Assembly (NCBI GenBank): GCA_013330595.1
Contig: DUIB01000009.1
Span: 74 to 64,073, forward strand
Length of the DNA stretch: 64,000 nt
Direction of reading: 5' to 3'
Source of the DNA: Candidatus Woesearchaeota archaeon
Lineage (GTDB): Archaea > Nanobdellota > Nanobdellia > Woesearchaeales > UBA9642
The first letter of the stretch is position 1, and every line of letters begins with the position of its first letter. The translations under genes were made by a program, and so were the position numbers. The notes under the pieces were generated by a model. That model was not told the DNA's origin. It was given only the letters and a program-made list of their open reading frames with translations, and searched no databases. Positions 60,159 to 64,000 of this stretch are shown here, piece by piece.

Positions 60159-60752
60159 ATGGCTAGAGGTTATGAACTAAAAAAGGATACTATCATCATT
60201 TACAGAGAACTTACTATGCTAGACCTGTTTTTAAAGAAATTTCTTGGGATCCTGAAAAAACACTCTGATTATTTGGTTGTGAGCGGTTTTGTAAGTATAT
60301 CAACAGGAAGAACAAGAGGAACAGAAGACATAGATGTCATCATTCCTGTAATGAGCAAAGACAGCTTTGATGAATTGCTCAATGATCTCATAAAAAATAA
60401 TTTTTGGTGCTATCAAGGAGACACTTCAAACGAGGTATTTGAATATATAAAAAATCTAGAAAGCGTGAGATTCGCTAAAGTCAATGAAATGTTCCCAAAT
60501 ATTGAATTAATCCCATTTAACAGCACAAAAAAAGCAAAATCATTCGAGTTCAATCATCCACAAAAAGTAAAAATAAAGAGTTTTGAGTTCAAGATTCCAC
60601 CAATAGAATTTGAAATCCTATACAAAGAGCTGGTGCTGGCAGGCAGAAAAGATGTGGAAGATGCAAGGCATTTAAGGATATTTTTTTCTGAAATAATTGA
60701 TGAAAGGAAATTCAAGGAATACAAACTTATAATACTTTGTGAACTGAAATGA
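60159..60752 (+). CDS. nucleotidyltransferase-like protein
   Basis: It has the 'VVSGFVSISTGRTRGTEDIDVIIP' motif, similar to 774-1406. Confidence 0.3.
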   Translation: MARGYELKKDTIIIYRELTMLDLFLKKFLGILKKHSDYLVVSGFVSISTGRTRGTEDIDVIIPVMSKDSFDELLNDLIKNNFWCYQGDTSNEVFEYIKNLESVRFAKVNEMFPNIELIPFNSTKKAKSFEFNHPQKVKIKSFEFKIPPIEFEILYKELVLAGRKDVEDARHLRIFFSEIIDERKFKEYKLIILCELK

Positions 60753-61038
60753 AAATACTCAATGAAATGGATTATGTTGAACTTTATGCCAAAAAATTAA
60801 AAATAGATAATAAGCTCTTTCATAATCAAAAAATGCTAATAAATTCCCAGATAGAAGGAAGCTCTTCCTTATTTAATAATATGTTCAAGAAAAATTTTAA
60901 GCAACAGGCAAGAGAATATCTTAGGGGAATCGGATTAATAAATTAGGAGCTCATGAATTCTATACCAGCAATACCACAACCCATCCAAGTAAACATCCTA
61001 CTGTGACAAATGGCATTGCTGGATAGAACCTATGCATG

Positions 61039-61632
61039 TTATTTTCCAATATATAGCTTCATGATCAAATCTCTTGTCTTCTTAGAATAAGCAGTCAGAT
61101 ACTTTACTAGCTTTTTCTTATTGATTCTTTTCCTGAAATTCATTAAAACATCATCAGAAATATTCTGCTTGAAGACCACCATATCAATGAATGTCTTTTC
61201 TATACCAGAATATGGAAGATAAAAATCTCCATCCAGAACATATTCAAATCCGAACATGAATTTTTTGTCAGTTCTTCTTATCATAACATTAGAGCCAAAA
61301 ATGTCTCTAGTTCCACTCCTAACCTTTACTGAAGTAATTATAACAGGCACTGATGCTTGATCCCATAATCCATGAAAACTAAGTGCAGACTGCAAACCAA
61401 GATATGCGGGATTAAAACACATTACTGATAATGAATGATCATCATATTTAGAATATTTCCCTTTTATAATCTTCTTAATTTTCCCTTGTATAACAAGATT
61501 TGAGACAAGCAGCTTTGCATAATTATTATCCTGTTTCTTTACTCCAATAATTCTTTCTATTGATCTTAAATCTACAACAGGGCTTTTATCAAATAATTCC
61601 AGTATTTGTTTTATATGTTTGGATTTTCCCAT
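61039..61632 (-). CDS. AbiEi-like wHTH antitoxin/transcriptional regulator (type IV TA)
   Basis: It overlaps the AbiEii gene by 22 nt and is basic and wHTH-like. Confidence 0.35.
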   Translation of the reverse strand: MGKSKHIKQILELFDKSPVVDLRSIERIIGVKKQDNNYAKLLVSNLVIQGKIKKIIKGKYSKYDDHSLSVMCFNPAYLGLQSALSFHGLWDQASVPVIITSVKVRSGTRDIFGSNVMIRRTDKKFMFGFEYVLDGDFYLPYSGIEKTFIDMVVFKQNISDDVLMNFRKRINKKKLVKYLTAYSKKTRDLIMKLYIGK

Positions 61633-62267
61633 TTTCTTTTTATGTATTCTATCATTTCCTTAGCTGATGGAATAATTCCCTCAATGATTATGGCCTTCAA
61701 ATCAGATTCATCTATTGGAGGCGCATATTTCTTAATCAAAAGCCTAATCTCGTTCTGGATAAATTCTCTATCCTTAACTAATTTCAATAGAAAGAAGACA
61801 TCCCATAAATCTCTTACCTTTCTTCTCTTCATATATGTAAATGATTTCTCCTTTACAAGCTGTTCAACAGTCAATCCGTATACTGAAATTATAGATCCAT
61901 CAATTTTCTCATAATCAACTATCACTCCAGAAATTCTTTGGAATGCAGCTTCAAGTCTTACATTCACCCTATTATAAACCATCTCTGAATAAACACTTCT
62001 TTCTGATATCTTTTTTTTAAGTATAACAAATCCTTTTCTTTTCAGATTCTCAAAAATAATCTCCACATCATCGGCTTTCTGGAAATAGAAATCCAAATCT
62101 TCAGAGAATCTCCTGCCATAATAGCATCTCCAGATTGAAGTTCCGCCATGAAAGACTGCATGAGGTACTGCTTTATATACTTCTTCAACTATTAAATCCT
62201 GAGCAAAGGCAATCTGCCTATGCGATTCTTTCCTTATTCTATTGGCAAGAGGTATTTTTTCTCTCAT
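61611..62267 (-). CDS. AbiEii/AbiGii-family nucleotidyltransferase toxin (type IV TA)
   Basis: It has the 'FHGGTSIWRCYYGRRFSEDLDFYF' motif (GGTAL...R.SEDLDF). Confidence 0.6.
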   Translation of the reverse strand: MREKIPLANRIRKESHRQIAFAQDLIVEEVYKAVPHAVFHGGTSIWRCYYGRRFSEDLDFYFQKADDVEIIFENLKRKGFVILKKKISERSVYSEMVYNRVNVRLEAAFQRISGVIVDYEKIDGSIISVYGLTVEQLVKEKSFTYMKRRKVRDLWDVFFLLKLVKDREFIQNEIRLLIKKYAPPIDESDLKAIIIEGIIPSAKEMIEYIKRKWENPNI

Positions 62268-62360
62268 TTTAGTTCAAAACTCAAAATAACACTATTAACA
62301 ATAGATATATATTTATATATCTTTCGTTTATATTATAAATTAGGCCATTATATTCACGAA

Positions 62361-63287
62361 TCAAATCAACAGCACAATAACCCATCCTATTAAGCATCCT
62401 GTTGTGACAAATGGCATTGCCGGGTAGAATTTATCTTTCTTGGCAAAGAAGAATAATAATGCAAGGGCAATTGTTGTTGTTAGTATCATTATTGATGATT
62501 GCATGAATGCCTGGCTTTTAGTCAATCCTTCAACCAATAATCCTTCCATTACAGCTCCTGTCAGTATTAATGGGAATACAACATCTCCACCGCCAAGAAT
62601 TGCTGTCTTTGGCTTTTCAGATACTGATTGTTTTGCAGCTTTTGTTTTTACAGATATTTTCTTCATCTGTTTCATCTTATACGGAATCATCAATCCTGCA
62701 AAGATATTGCTTTGAGTCTGGAACTTAGCCATCTTGATCATATGCTTTGATTTCCATACAGCATACATGTCATACAATGATATAACCAGCAACAGCATTA
62801 TTGACCAGAAAACATCAAATATAGGAACTAAAAGAACTGCAATGCCCGCATATATCAACACTTCAGTAATATTATGTATAACAATATTTGTCCTGAAGAT
62901 CTTCCATGCTGCCAATATTAATGCAATAAGCATAGCTGCATCATATACAAAATACCATCCTGTTTTTACAATAACTCCTATTGATATGGACATTGCCATC
63001 CATACAGCAAGGAAAAACCAGAACTTCCAAATATTCACTTTCTTGAATCTTGCAAGTATCAATACAAGGATTGTTCCTATAGCAACTCCAATGATAAGAT
63101 AAAGAAAGCTTCCTGCACCTTTGGTCTCTGGTCTTGGGCCTAATGATGTATCTTCATGAGCAACAACAATATTTCCAGCATCATCCTTTAATACTGCAGC
63201 ATCAATGTTTATCAACCATAATCCTGCTACTTGTGCTAAAATAAAGAATACCAATAAAGTTATTGTGATTAATAAATTATGCTTCAT
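62361..63287 (-). CDS. presenilin/signal-peptide-peptidase-like intramembrane aspartyl protease (A22)
   Basis: It is polytopic. It has 'LYDMYAV' (YD), 'LGGGDVVFPLIL' (GxGD) and a 'YPAMPF' PAL-like motif. Confidence 0.5.
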   Translation of the reverse strand: MKHNLLITITLLVFFILAQVAGLWLINIDAAVLKDDAGNIVVAHEDTSLGPRPETKGAGSFLYLIIGVAIGTILVLILARFKKVNIWKFWFFLAVWMAMSISIGVIVKTGWYFVYDAAMLIALILAAWKIFRTNIVIHNITEVLIYAGIAVLLVPIFDVFWSIMLLLVISLYDMYAVWKSKHMIKMAKFQTQSNIFAGLMIPYKMKQMKKISVKTKAAKQSVSEKPKTAILGGGDVVFPLILTGAVMEGLLVEGLTKSQAFMQSSIMILTTTIALALLFFFAKKDKFYPAMPFVTTGCLIGWVIVLLI

Positions 63288-63952
63288 TTTTTTAGAGACT
63301 TTCTACTCTTTTTAAATCTATTCTCTCTCCAGTGTTTATAGAATTCTATTGCAGCAGGAATCAACGATACAACTATTATTACACCAATAAATATTGTGAA
63401 GTTCTCTTTTACAAAAGGCAGGTTTCCAAAGAAATATCCTGTCCATAAAAAAAACCCTACCCATAAAATACCTCCCACAACATTATAGACTAGGAATCTG
63501 AAATAATTCATTTTTCCAACACCTGCAAGAAAAGGAGCAAAAGTCCTTATTATAGGAATGAATCTTGCAATGATTATTGTCTTTCCACCATATTTATCAA
63601 AGAATTTATGAGTCCTGTTAAGATATTCTTTATTTAAAAGCTTTGATTTAGATTTAAAGACTCTTGGCCCTATAAAATGCCCAATAGAATAATTGACAGT
63701 ATCTCCTAATATGGATGCAGCACTCATCAAAATGAATAAGAAAAAGGCATTCATTGCCCCTTGTGCAGATAATGCTCCAGCTGTAAATATTAAGCTGTCT
63801 CCAGGAAGAAAAGGAGTCAAGACTAAAGCTGTTTCAAGAAATATCACTATAAAGATAATAAGATAAACCCATAAGCCATAAATATTGATAATACTCAATA
63901 AATTAGTATCCAGGTGCATGACATAATCCAGCAAATCAGTAATTAACGACAT
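63284..63952 (-). CDS. DedA-family membrane protein
   Basis: It has the 'PFLPGDSLIFTAGAL' DedA signature. It overlaps the upstream gene by 4 nt. Confidence 0.6.
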   Translation of the reverse strand: MSLITDLLDYVMHLDTNLLSIINIYGLWVYLIIFIVIFLETALVLTPFLPGDSLIFTAGALSAQGAMNAFFLFILMSAASILGDTVNYSIGHFIGPRVFKSKSKLLNKEYLNRTHKFFDKYGGKTIIIARFIPIIRTFAPFLAGVGKMNYFRFLVYNVVGGILWVGFFLWTGYFFGNLPFVKENFTIFIGVIIVVSLIPAAIEFYKHWRENRFKKSRKSLKK

Positions 63953-64000
63953 TAATCCCTAAATACATAAACTATTTAAAAATGTTAAGGAAAATAGATT

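Noticed and set aside
1-64000. CRISPR arrays or cas genes
   Set aside because: No regularly spaced direct repeats and no Cas-like ORFs were found.

Overview
This is an AT-rich window from a probable small-genome (DPANN-like) archaeon. Housekeeping genes (ppdK, cdc48, gatD, gatE, deoxyhypusine synthase, bud32, an inositol monophosphatase) are interspersed with accessory DNA. The main find is a complete diversity-generating retroelement (DGR). It has a reverse transcriptase with the DGR-type LGNLTSQ motif at 25233-26864 (+). The variable repeat sits in the C-terminal region of the minus-strand target gene 24260-25045. A roughly 94-nt template repeat lies at 23911-24004, with 13 of 14 mismatches at template-repeat adenines (AAY/Asn codons). 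A GC-rich IMH-like end and a GC hairpin lie immediately 3' of the variable repeat. The DGR, two toxin-antitoxin cassettes and a purF-like gene sit in an approximately 6.2 kb segment bracketed by a roughly 90-bp direct repeat of the gatE promoter and 5' end. There are two nested, synonymously diverged copies of the ppdK 3' end, which mark tandem island integrations carrying HEPN/MNT and an AAA ATPase. Other items are three tandem, gene-converted paralogs of a T-rich secreted protein, many toxin-antitoxin modules (VapBC, RelE, AbrB/PIN, HEPN/MNT, AbiE), a decayed IS1-like element next to a start-less methyltransferase, and a PIN toxin split by a small hairpin insertion. I found no CRISPR array, rRNA or convincing tRNA.
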